Program-made: the position numbers and the translations under genes | Shown here: positions 54,504-63,618 of the stretch, piece after piece | How the letters are laid out: each line of letters opens with the position of its first letter | Numbering within the stretch: position 1 is the first letter of the stretch | The notes under the pieces: model-generated | Database searches by the model: none | What the model was told of the DNA's origin: nothing | Seen by the model: the letters and a program-made list of their open reading frames with translations, nothing else | Assembly: GCA_965215885.1 (NCBI GenBank) | Contig: CBDCEW010000093.1 | Location: 62,801 to 126,800, forward strand | DNA from: Candidatus Moanibacter sp. | GTDB lineage: Bacteria > Verrucomicrobiota > Verrucomicrobiia > Opitutales > UBA2987 | Direction of reading: 5' to 3' | Length of the DNA: 64,000 nucleotides

Positions 54504-55640
54504 CTAAATCTCATTGTAGCGGGCGTTGATTTCGCCGGATTTCCCTATCATGGAATGCCGGGCCAGTGTTTCTTCATCCACCGCGATGCCCAACCCGGGG
54601 CCTTCCGGAACCTCGATAAAAGGAAGCTGGTAGGTAAACGGTTTCGAAATTAAGGAATCGTCCAGGCCGATGTGGTGGGCGAGGGACAGATTCGGGGTGG
54701 AGGCGGCGAGGTGGAGCCAGGCGGCCGTGCCGATCCCGCCGTCGCCCGTCCAGTGCAGGACCACCGGGATGCCTGCTGCTTCCGCGATGGCGCAGGCTTT
54801 CTTAAAATAGCTGATTCCGCCCATCCGGACGGGATCAAAGCTGATCATATCTACCGCTTCCTTCTTTACCGCTTCAAGGACCCGATAGATCGTTGTAGCT
54901 CCTTCATCCATCATGATGGGCGTGCTGACGGCCTGCCGCAGTTGCGCGAGTCCATCCATGTCCCAGCGAAAGATCGGCTGTTCGATGCATTCCAGGTCAT
55001 ACGCCTCGAGCTTTCTCAATGTGCGCTTCGCGGTGGGCAGGGACCAGGCCTGGTTGGGGTCCACGCGCAGTTGGATACCGTTGCCCACTGCTTCGCGGAT
55101 GGCGGCGATGTAGGCCACCGCCAATTCGGGCGAGGCCTCCTTCAGGATAAGCGTCCGGTAACCCTCATCCACGGCGGCGCGGGCATCCGTGGCGACTTGC
55201 GCTTCATCTGTTCGCTGCCTGTAGCGAAGGGTTGCGGCCGTTTCGATTCGATCGCGGACTTTCCCGCCGAGGAGCTTGTAGAGCGGCGCGTTTAGCGATT
55301 TGCCGATGATATCCCAGCATGCAATCTCGACCCCGGCGACCGCCATGGTGGTTGTCTCGAGTGTCCATTTGGCGGGAAACGTCTCGAGGTAGCTGCCGAC
55401 AATCTTTTCCACATCATAAGGACTCCGGCCGAGGAGCAGGGGCTGGATTTCCGTTTCGAGCATTGTCACAACCCGGGGCGGCGGGGGCAGATTGGGTCCG
55501 ACATAACCCCATCCGGTCAGTCCGGTGTCGGTCGTCAGTTTGACGACGGTGGAGAAGACGGTGGTGTCGACGCCCAGATCCCATAGCGCTGCCCGGTGAC
55601 GAATGACCGTGGGTATCGCTTCGAGCCGAGCGATTTTCAT
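54504..55640 (-). CDS. Mandelate racemase/muconate lactonizing enzyme (enolase superfamily)
   Basis: EIACWDIIGK, VDPN, EQP, MDE, GPGLG. Confidence 0.88.
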   Translation of the reverse strand: MKIARLEAIPTVIRHRAALWDLGVDTTVFSTVVKLTTDTGLTGWGYVGPNLPPPPRVVTMLETEIQPLLLGRSPYDVEKIVGSYLETFPAKWTLETTTMAVAGVEIACWDIIGKSLNAPLYKLLGGKVRDRIETAATLRYRQRTDEAQVATDARAAVDEGYRTLILKEASPELAVAYIAAIREAVGNGIQLRVDPNQAWSLPTAKRTLRKLEAYDLECIEQPIFRWDMDGLAQLRQAVSTPIMMDEGATTIYRVLEAVKKEAVDMISFDPVRMGGISYFKKACAIAEAAGIPVVLHWTGDGGIGTAAWLHLAASTPNLSLAHHIGLDDSLISKPFTYQLPFIEVPEGPGLGIAVDEETLARHSMIGKSGEINARYNEI

Positions 55641-56551
55641 AACTCTGGTACGATAACGTCGTTGTAGAATCTCCAGAAATCGTCGATTTCTTCCATCGCA
55701 CGCGTGCTCAACGAATGCGCCGAACTGCGCACGCGATGCGATTTGAAGATGCCCCGCCGGACCATGATCTCCTTGTCGAAGGCGAAACCGTAGCGCAATT
55801 CCAGGATGATGCCGCGGAGGAATTTGTTGAAGAGGGCGTGCCCTTTCATCAACTCGTCCTCTTCGAAGAGACGCCAGATGGTGGAGATGACGTCGCAGAA
55901 CTGGCAGGCATGGACGGTGCCCGCTGCGCCGAGTTGGAAGTCATAGGGCAGGTAGAGTCCGCCCAGGCCGGACATCGTGCCCTCAAATCCAGGGATCTGG
56001 CGGTCCATGATGTCCGCGATGGCGACCACCTGGGGATTCAGCTCCTGCTTGATCCAGGTAATTTTCGGCACTTCACGGCAAAGCGTTTCCACCTGTTCGA
56101 GGCTCAGCGGGCTTACGCCGAAGGGCGCGTTCTGCAGCATGATCGGAAGGTCGACCGCGGCTGAGATCCGTTCGTAATACTTGATCACCTGGGGGAACTG
56201 CAAGGGCACGATGTAGGGTTGCATGGCCATGATCATGTCCGCTCCTTGCTCCTGCGCGCACTCCGCCAGTTCGATCGCCACTTGGGTGTTTTGCGCCGCC
56301 ACGTTGGCGATGAACGGCAACCGGCCGGCGTTGACCTCGAGGGGTACCCGGAGCATGAGCTTGCGTTCCGCTTCCGAAAGGTGCTCGAATTCGCTTACCA
56401 TCGCCGGCGCGCACAAGCCGTCGGCACCGTTCTCGATGCAGAACTCGATTTCCTTGACCAGTATCTCCTCGTCGATCCGGTCGTCCTCGGTGAACGGCGT
56501 CATCGGAATCGAGTAGGCGCCGCGGTGGTTTCTCAGGTCTTTTGGAGCCAT
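55637..56551 (-). CDS. Dihydrodipicolinate synthase/N-acetylneuraminate lyase family aldolase
   Basis: TPF, SEF..LS..ER, PIMLQN and IKQE (Schiff-base Lys). Confidence 0.88.
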   Translation of the reverse strand: MAPKDLRNHRGAYSIPMTPFTEDDRIDEEILVKEIEFCIENGADGLCAPAMVSEFEHLSEAERKLMLRVPLEVNAGRLPFIANVAAQNTQVAIELAECAQEQGADMIMAMQPYIVPLQFPQVIKYYERISAAVDLPIMLQNAPFGVSPLSLEQVETLCREVPKITWIKQELNPQVVAIADIMDRQIPGFEGTMSGLGGLYLPYDFQLGAAGTVHACQFCDVISTIWRLFEEDELMKGHALFNKFLRGIILELRYGFAFDKEIMVRRGIFKSHRVRSSAHSLSTRAMEEIDDFWRFYNDVIVPEL

Positions 56552-57226
56552 ATTCTGTGTTCGGTTTAAAGGATTAATGTCGTTTCGAAGTAAGGAAAGT
56601 CGTTAGACCTTGGGTCATAGAATTGGTATCGGAAGGAGACCACGGTGAGCCGGGGCAGAAGAGCTGCAACCAAAAAAGAAGAAGAGAACCGCAGATGCAT
56701 CCCGGCATGCCGGGACGAATGAAGAAAGATTGACCACGGATTCGAGAAAACCGCGGATTTGAATAAGAGGGATTGGCAACGGATTGGAGAAGGCAGAACA
56801 TCGAATCCCGGCTTGCCGGGAAACGTCCAACATCGAAGTAATGACCTTCGGCGTTCGATGTTCGATGTCGAATGTTCGACATTTTCCACTGCAACAGCTT
56901 CCACCGCAATCTTTTGAATACCAGACTCTTATAATTTACCAAAAGAAAAAACGTGTTCAATAAACTAAGTTCTGACGGATAGTAATACGGATTGGGGAGA
57001 GAGTGGATCAGCGCACGAGTCGCTTGCGCTGGTGCGCATCCAACACACCCATCGCTTAAGCATTGTATCCGCACGCAAACCCTCGTGGTTCACACCCACA
57101 GCTTTCTGAAAAATCCGTTTCTTATCCGTGTAAATCCGTATTACAATCCTTCAGTTTCTTGTTTTTCGAGTAAAGTTCTGACAGAAGATACTGGTGTCCA
57201 AAGAATTGCGATTGAAGCATAAGTTG

Positions 57227-57443
57227 TGGAGAAATCTCATTATTACCTCCTAAACTTCATCGTAAGCCTCGTCGTAAGCTTCGTCGAGAGAGCGACCCAA
57301 TTCCGCGACAAAGCTCACGACAAGGCTCGCGACAAAGATACCCTGACGAGTAGAGAAGCTTCCTCTATCCTTCATCGTAAGCCTCCTCGAGAGAGCAAAA
57401 AAAGGCGACTAAGTTGACGACGAAGCTTACGACAAAGGTTCGG
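57227..57443 (+). repeat. Repeat family A copy
   Basis: 12-bp periodic units; matches 30379..30622 and 50410..50614. Confidence 0.85.
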
Positions 57444-57566
57444 TTGCATCCCCGTGTCTCCCCGTCTCCGTTTCTCCCTCTCCGCTTCTTTGCTCGCGGG
57501 ATGGCTGTTCAGGGCCATCCGTGGTCAAATTCATTCCGCTTGTTGAATTCGATTGCGGTCGAAATT

Positions 57567-58715
57567 TCAGGTCGACAGGCGCTCCACGCAGCATTTCTCC
57601 AGGACGCTTTCGTTCACCTCGACACCGAATCCCGGACCTTCGGGCAGTTCGATGAACCCGTCCTTTTGTTCAAAGACAGGGTCGCACAGTTCATCCCGGA
57701 TCGGGTTTGGGGTGCGGTCGAACTCCACGACCGGCTCCTGCTCGTAGGGCCTCGGTGTGTGGCTGAATGGACAGGGTGGCAGGGTGGAGGCAATGCTGAG
57801 GGTGGCAGAGGTCATCAGCGGGGTGCCCCAGAGGTGGGGGTTGACGCGGATGCCGAAGGTGTGCGCCATCATGGCGGTGTTCCTGAATTCGGTAATGCCG
57901 CCCGCCAGATTGACATCCGGTTGCAGGATATCGATCGCCCGCCTGGCGATAAAATCCCTCGCCTCGAACCGGTTGCGCATGATCTCTCCCCCTGCCACTG
58001 GGATCGGTTGTGCCTGTTTTACCCGGAGGTAGGCATCGACGTCGTTGGAATAGACCGGTTCCTCAAACCAATGAATATCCAACTCCGCCAATCGCTGCCC
58101 CATGGTGCTGGCGGTGGCGGCGTTGTAGGCCTTGTTCGCATCCACCGCGAGAAACAGGTCATCGCCAATCGTCTCGCGGATCTTCGCCACGCGGGCTACG
58201 TCCTCCTTCATGCTGAGACCGCCTATCTTGGTCTTCATTCCCGCGAATCCCGCTTCCGCATAGGAGGCTGCTTCCTCCTGCAGTTTGCCGGACATTTCGT
58301 CGCGGCGGTAGTAGAGTCCGGTTGCGTAGACCGCCACCTTTTCCCGCAATGCGCCGCCGAGCAATTCGACGACGCTTTTTCCCGCCGCCTTGCCGGCGAT
58401 GTCCCAGAGCGCGAGGTCAACGCTGCTGATCGCGTCGCCGCCGAACCCACCGGCCGCATCGCCGTTGTATAGCGAGGCGAACATGCGGTTCCAATGGCAG
58501 TTGATGTTCAGGGGGTCCTTACCCACGAGTTGTGGCGCGAAAATGTCCCTGACCACCACGGCGGTTGCCCGGGATCCGTAGCCTTCGCCCCATCCGATGA
58601 TCCCCTCGTCGGTCGTAATGGAAGCATGCCGCTTGTCCGTCCAGCCCTGCGACCAGCCGAACGGTTCCGGGATATCGCAGACCAGTAGATAGACCTCAAT
58701 TTTTGTGATTTTCAT
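57567..58715 (-). CDS. Enolase-superfamily enzyme, D-galactarolactone cycloisomerase (Gci)-like
   Basis: MKITKIE start at 58715; YATG, KTKIG, DAN, WFEEP, QPIPVAGGE, PHLWGT, EFDRTPNP. Confidence 0.8.
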   Translation of the reverse strand: MKITKIEVYLLVCDIPEPFGWSQGWTDKRHASITTDEGIIGWGEGYGSRATAVVVRDIFAPQLVGKDPLNINCHWNRMFASLYNGDAAGGFGGDAISSVDLALWDIAGKAAGKSVVELLGGALREKVAVYATGLYYRRDEMSGKLQEEAASYAEAGFAGMKTKIGGLSMKEDVARVAKIRETIGDDLFLAVDANKAYNAATASTMGQRLAELDIHWFEEPVYSNDVDAYLRVKQAQPIPVAGGEIMRNRFEARDFIARRAIDILQPDVNLAGGITEFRNTAMMAHTFGIRVNPHLWGTPLMTSATLSIASTLPPCPFSHTPRPYEQEPVVEFDRTPNPIRDELCDPVFEQKDGFIELPEGPGFGVEVNESVLEKCCVERLST

Positions 58716-60224
58716 ATCTTTGCTTCGAGTTGATCGTTCGACCGGCACTTCGGCGCGTCTGCCGCAGTATCCAATGCTTTCGGATTCGGTCGCGCAATGG
58801 CGTACATCTCTTTCCCGAATTGACTGAACCGGTCCGCCAGGGGTTGGTGCCAGTTGCCGTAGGCGTCCTGCAGGCCTCCGTGCTGCACCACCGGCTCGGC
58901 GGATTCCCACTGGTCCATCCATCCGCACCACCCCCAGCCAAGGAAATCCGGACGGGCGAAAGCGGCCCGGTAGGATTCCTCCATGCGGTCGGCCGCGACC
59001 GCTACCGTAATGGGCGCATTGCGGGCCGAGCGTGTCCGGCATCTGCGGCGGCTGGGAGACGCTCCAGCAGCTGTCGGCGCTGAAGACCGGCATGCCCCCG
59101 GTGACCCGGCGCAGCCGGTCGAGCACGCTCCGGTGGTCTTCCCAGGTGGCGCCGTAGTACTGATAAACGATGACCGGAAAATGTTTCGCATAGACCTCGA
59201 TGATGCCGTCGGGGAGGGGCGAGTTCACGTTCAGAGTGTCTCCGAATATGAGGTGGTTAGGGTCGTATTCGCGCAGGACTTTAACCTGGGTGCCCCAGGC
59301 GCGGTCAAGGATCCGCAGGAGAAATGCCTCATGGTCGCGCTCCTCGCCAATGTTTCCGGACGGGTCGGTGCGCCGTCGCCAGTTCTCCGTCTGCGCCAGG
59401 TCTTCCCACGAATCAAAGGCCGTGTTGTAAGTAGCGTTGAAACCCTTGATCTCATTATTGTAGCGGTCGCGCATCAAGTCCACGTAAGCCCTCTTGCCGG
59501 GCGCCTCGGCTCCCAGATTGCGCAGCCGGACCGGCCACGTCGTGGTACCCGGCAAGGGTTTGTGGTAGAAACCGGCCTTCATCGGCTGCGCCTCCAACGG
59601 AACGAGGATGGGACAGTCCGTCAGGCCGTAGGCGACCAGCCAGGGATCCTCCACCCGTCCCTCCTGCACCAGCCGGCGCCCCGTCTCATGGCAGGCCGCA
59701 ACGAACGAGTCCGCGAAGACATCGAGGAAATTCTCATCGGTCCATTCCTGGACGCGCGCCCGCAGATTGTGTGTCCGCCAATATTCAATATTCAGGGTGC
59801 GGGCGCGGGGAATATAGGGAGCCGCATTTACCCCCACCGGAGCTTCGTGGCTGTAGAGGCAGTTGAACCCCAGGTATTCACGGTCCGGAACCACCTTTTT
59901 CGAATAGAACGCGTTGAGACGATCGCTTGGATCGGCGCCTTCGCTCAGCCCGAACTCTCGCTCCCAGTGCTCCCGGTTATACGGCTGGGCGATGATGTGG
60001 CGGTCCACATGGTCCAGCCCGTGGATGAGAAACGCGTTCCCTTTCGGGGTAAATAGCCACCAACGGCCCCCCGTTTCCTCCAGGCGGAAGAATCCTGCGC
60101 CCTCAACCCGGAACGCTGTGGTGCCGCCGAATTCGTCTCGAGGCGCACCGTGCCATGCCAGCGTGTTGGTTCGTTTTTCTCCCATCTCTTGTCCCGTCGG
60201 ACCCTCGTTCCGGGTAGCGAGCAT
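58712..60224 (-). CDS. Agarase (GH50)-like hypothetical protein, paralog 3; frameshift near 59005
   Basis: GAGGAG RBS; DEFGG, GFFRLE, DPNHLIFG; the FLGWGWCGW C-terminus lies in ORF 58712..59191. Confidence 0.7.
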
Positions 60225-60248
60225 AGGCTCCTCAGGAAGAGGCCGCTT

Positions 60249-60280
60249 TAGTCCGCTTATTTCGCAGAATAAGCGGACTA
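60249..60280. promoter_or_regulatory. 13-bp perfect hairpin upstream of the minus-strand operon (operator or terminator)
   Basis: TAGTCCGCTTATT-TCGCAG-AATAAGCGGACTA. Confidence 0.4.
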
Positions 60281-60330
60281 GAAAGCGAAACCGATTTGTA
60301 ATTTACTGAAATTCAATAATTTGAAAGTTT

Positions 60331-61814
60331 GGGTCTACAGCAGAATCTGTGGGTGGGTAACGTCGCTTACAAGAGGAAATAGAGTCGGTGAGCACAAGGA
60401 GAAGTCAGGGCGCTGCCCTGAATCCCGCTCCTCCACAGCCGGAGGGGCTGGTCGGTGTTTTCTTTGCATATGGGATTGAAAGGTTGAAGCACCGGGCCGT
60501 TCCGAGGATGAAAGTAGTACCGAAAATACATCCTGAACACGGAGGACCCAGTGCTCATCAAAACGCTACTGAATCGGTGCTATTGGCTCAAGAGCTTTGT
60601 TTACGCAAAGGCGAGTATGGAAATGGTGAAATCGGTGGAGGCGATTGTGGTGCAGATTGAGCCGCGCAAGAATAGTCGGGTGTGCTGTTCGGGGTGTGGC
60701 CGGACGGCCAGCGGCTACGACCACATGAGCGAGGCGAGGCATTTTGAATTTGTGCCCTTGTGGGGGATGAAGGTGTATTTTCGTTACCGCATGCGGCGGG
60801 TCAATTGCCGGCGGTGCGGGGTGAAGGTCGAAGAGGTGCCCTGGGCCAAGGGCAAGAGTCATCTGAGTTGGCCAATGCAATGGTTTCTGGCCCAGTGGGC
60901 GAGGCGCTTGAGCTGGGAAGAGACGGCAAGGGTTTTTCGCACGAACTGGCGCAACGTCTTCGAGTCGGTCGAGGCGATGGTGCGTTGGGGGCTCAAACGG
61001 CGCGATATGAGCGGGATTGAGGCGATCGGAGTCGATGAGGTGCAGTATCATCGAGGCCATCACTATCTCACCGTGGTCTACCAGCTTGACGAGGGGCGGC
61101 GGCGGCTATTGGGCGTATTCAATAAGCGCAACGTAAAATCGCTCTTGCGTTTTTTCTGGGAATTGGGAGCGCAAAAGAGCAGCCAGATCCTCTACGTCTG
61201 CTCGGATCTGTGGAAGCCTTACCTCAAAGTGATCAAGAAAAAGGCACCCCAGGCGCTGCACATCCTCGATCGCTTCCACTTGGTAGCCAACCTGAACAAG
61301 GCCCTCAATGAGATTCGTGCTGCGGAAGCCAGGCGATTGCAACGGGACGGCTACATCAACGTGCTGGTCAAAAGCAAATACTGTTTCTTCAAAAATCCGC
61401 AAAATCTCACCCCCACCCAACAGATCCGCCTCAAGGAGGTGCTCCAATACGATCTGAAGAGCGTGCGGGCCTATCTACTAAAGGAGAGCTTTCAGCTCTT
61501 GTGGCATTATAAAAGTCCCTACTGGGCCCAATGGTATCTGAAAAAATGGTGCACGCGCGCCATGCGTTCGCGCCTCAAACCGATCAAAAGGTTCGTGCGC
61601 TCGGTGCGCAAACACGAGCCGCTCATCCTCAACTGGTTTCGGGCCAAAAAGGCCTTTTCCTGCGGCATTGTGGAGGGCTTTAACCGCAATATAAATCTCA
61701 CTATCAGAAAAGCATACGGCTTTAAGAGCTTCGAAGTGCTTAAGATCGCCCTATTTCATACCATGGGCGACTTGCCTGAACCCGAAATAACCCACAGATT
61801 TCTGCTGACGAGGC
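60331..61814 (+). mobile_element. ISL3 family insertion sequence
   Basis: IR core CAGCAGAATCTGTGGGT; 8-bp TSD GAAAGTTT at 60323-60330 and 61815-61822. Confidence 0.9.
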
Positions 61815-61897
61815 GAAAGTTTAAATATTTATTCTTCGAACGGTTTGATATCAAACAGTCTGTCGAAATTAATTTCCTTGAAGGCATCTTTAAATAG
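60551..61897 (+). CDS. ISL3 transposase (probable natural stop at about 61808, lost through one extra T)
   Basis: Zinc finger CSGC/CRRC, IGVDE, CSDLW, DRFH, VEGFN; the ORF runs past the IS end, and THRFC* is restored by deleting one T. Confidence 0.92.
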   Translation: MLIKTLLNRCYWLKSFVYAKASMEMVKSVEAIVVQIEPRKNSRVCCSGCGRTASGYDHMSEARHFEFVPLWGMKVYFRYRMRRVNCRRCGVKVEEVPWAKGKSHLSWPMQWFLAQWARRLSWEETARVFRTNWRNVFESVEAMVRWGLKRRDMSGIEAIGVDEVQYHRGHHYLTVVYQLDEGRRRLLGVFNKRNVKSLLRFFWELGAQKSSQILYVCSDLWKPYLKVIKKKAPQALHILDRFHLVANLNKALNEIRAAEARRLQRDGYINVLVKSKYCFFKNPQNLTPTQQIRLKEVLQYDLKSVRAYLLKESFQLLWHYKSPYWAQWYLKKWCTRAMRSRLKPIKRFVRSVRKHEPLILNWFRAKKAFSCGIVEGFNRNINLTIRKAYGFKSFEVLKIALFHTMGDLPEPEITHRFLLTRRKFKYLFFERFDIKQSVEINFLEGIFK

Positions 61898-61942
61898 ACT
61901 TAATTGCCTGATTTTCAGTAAATTACAAATCGGTTTCGCCAT

Positions 61943-63618
61943 TAACCCGAAAATTGCAAGATGTCTCCCCGCTGCGCGCATTTGCGTTAACCTAAGGAGA
62001 AGAAACAAGAGAGGAAATCAAGACGAGAACGCTTTTCATAGGTGCAGTGTTTGGGGATTTGTTTGAGCCATCGGGGGATGATCTGATCTTTGGGAAGGTG
62101 AGAGAGGATGAAGAAGTAGGGAGCAAAGAAGCCAAACCAGTAGGAGAATTTAAGGATACTCAGAGGAGAGGACAAACTGGTATTCGAATAGTGTCTAAGG
62201 GGACCATAGACGAAGTTGAGTAAGTGGGTAATGAGGATGAGACGGGCGTAGATAAGAAGCTCAACCTGGTAGGGAGTAGTCTCTTTGACCTGACCGAGAT
62301 TAAGATGTTGCTTAAAGGCCTTAAAGAAAATTTCGATGCGCCAGCGAAGCCCGTAAAAGCTCAGAATCTGCTTAGGGCTAAAGTCTTTCTGATGGAGGTT
62401 GGTAATAAAGATTTGGAAACCGAGAAGGAAGCTGGTGCGGCTGGTATATCGAAGTCTATTGTCGCGGTTTTGTCTATGCTCGCGGCGGCGTTTATGGGCC
62501 ACCTTCTGAGGGAGTTTGACGGCGATCAGACGAACCGGAAGCTTGGCTTTTTTACCCACCCGAACGGGCATATCGAGAAGCTTTTGGCCACGTAAAAGTT
62601 TGCGTAGATCGAGCTCTTCATCGCCTTCGTTGGCTAAAAGGCAAGTGCCGGTTTTCAAACGACTCACAAAGAAGCAGCCGCGCTGATCGAGTTGCTTAAA
62701 GACATCGAGGACAAAATAGCCTAAGTCGCGCAGGATCAAGTCGTTGGGTTGAGCGAGAGCGAGAATGTCTTTGGAAGCAGCCTGATCGTTTTTTCGGAAG
62801 CTACTGAGGCTGAAGTCAACGAAGGATTCATTGCGCAGATCGTAATAGGCCTGAATCTTCAGTTGAGCCTGTTTGGAGCCTGTCTGATTGGACGCTCCGG
62901 GGAAGAAGGGGGCCAGGACCTTAGGCAAGCCAATCGAAGTGCTGTCGGCAATGAGAACCCGTTCAAAGCTCCTCATGCAATTTGGAACAGCTCTGCCCAC
63001 AGGCCCATAAGCTTTAAGTTCTAAAAGCCTCAGGAGCACTAAGGTCATAAAAGCGGTGGCTTTTTTGGCGCACTTTTGGACCGCTTGTCTGGAAATGGTG
63101 CGGTTGGCTAAGAATCCAATAAGCTCGGCTTCTTTGCCAAGGGACAAGGCCCCCTTAGAAGCCATCGCCAGCAAAGCCAAAACAAAGTTCAGAGGGGAGA
63201 TCTTGCGCGATTTCCTCTCTCTAAAACCACTCTGTTTAGCGAGGGCTGTGAGGTTCAACTTACGGAAGGTTTGACGGATACAATCAGCTTTTTTTATACT
63301 TTGCATCCGAAGGATAAATCCTATATATGAACGAATGTACAGTATAAAATGCTGCCAAAGTGAAAAAAATGGGGTAGACGGTAAAAGTAGAGAAGATAAC
63401 CCGGCCAAAATGCACTCGCTCAACTGCGAATTTCCTCACCGCTGTGGTCGAAACGAAGCAAATAGAAAAGGGCGAACAAATGGAGTGGAACCTCGAGGAT
63501 AGAGACACCCTCATACTCCGCCGCAAAATACCTCGCAAGTCTTTGAATCTGACTAAGTTGCGAAAATAAGGTTTACGCGTATGCGCCGAGCGGGATCGGT
63601 AGTGAGATTTTCGGGTTA
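61943..63618 (-). mobile_element. IS4 family insertion sequence
   Basis: 12-bp IR TAACCCGAAAAT at 61943-61954 / 63607-63618; no TSD seen. Confidence 0.75.
61987..63306 (-). CDS. IS4 family transposase
   Basis: ADST, RDLGY and Y..RWRIE..FK (YREK motif); ATG at 63306 is the likely start. Confidence 0.92.
   Translation of the reverse strand: MQSIKKADCIRQTFRKLNLTALAKQSGFRERKSRKISPLNFVLALLAMASKGALSLGKEAELIGFLANRTISRQAVQKCAKKATAFMTLVLLRLLELKAYGPVGRAVPNCMRSFERVLIADSTSIGLPKVLAPFFPGASNQTGSKQAQLKIQAYYDLRNESFVDFSLSSFRKNDQAASKDILALAQPNDLILRDLGYFVLDVFKQLDQRGCFFVSRLKTGTCLLANEGDEELDLRKLLRGQKLLDMPVRVGKKAKLPVRLIAVKLPQKVAHKRRREHRQNRDNRLRYTSRTSFLLGFQIFITNLHQKDFSPKQILSFYGLRWRIEIFFKAFKQHLNLGQVKETTPYQVELLIYARLILITHLLNFVYGPLRHYSNTSLSSPLSILKFSYWFGFFAPYFFILSHLPKDQIIPRWLKQIPKHCTYEKRSRLDFLSCFFSLG

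Larger units (their letters stand above)
60285..61939. mobile_element. AT-rich MITE-like element (~163 bp when empty) interrupted by ISL3
   Basis: Perfect 27-bp IR GCGAAACCGATTTGTAATTTACTGAAA at 60285-60311 / 61913-61939. Confidence 0.7.

Noticed and set aside
57227..57443. Periodic repeats as a CRISPR array (also at 23320, 30379 and 50410)
   Set aside because: The units are 12-bp degenerate tandem repeats with no unique spacers, and there are no cas genes.
57567..60224. 885-aa agarase-like/enolase fusion ORF
   Set aside because: The conserved GWGWCGW C-terminus of the first protein is in another frame (58712..59191) and ends in an ATGA overlap with the enolase start. The fusion results from a frameshift near 59005.
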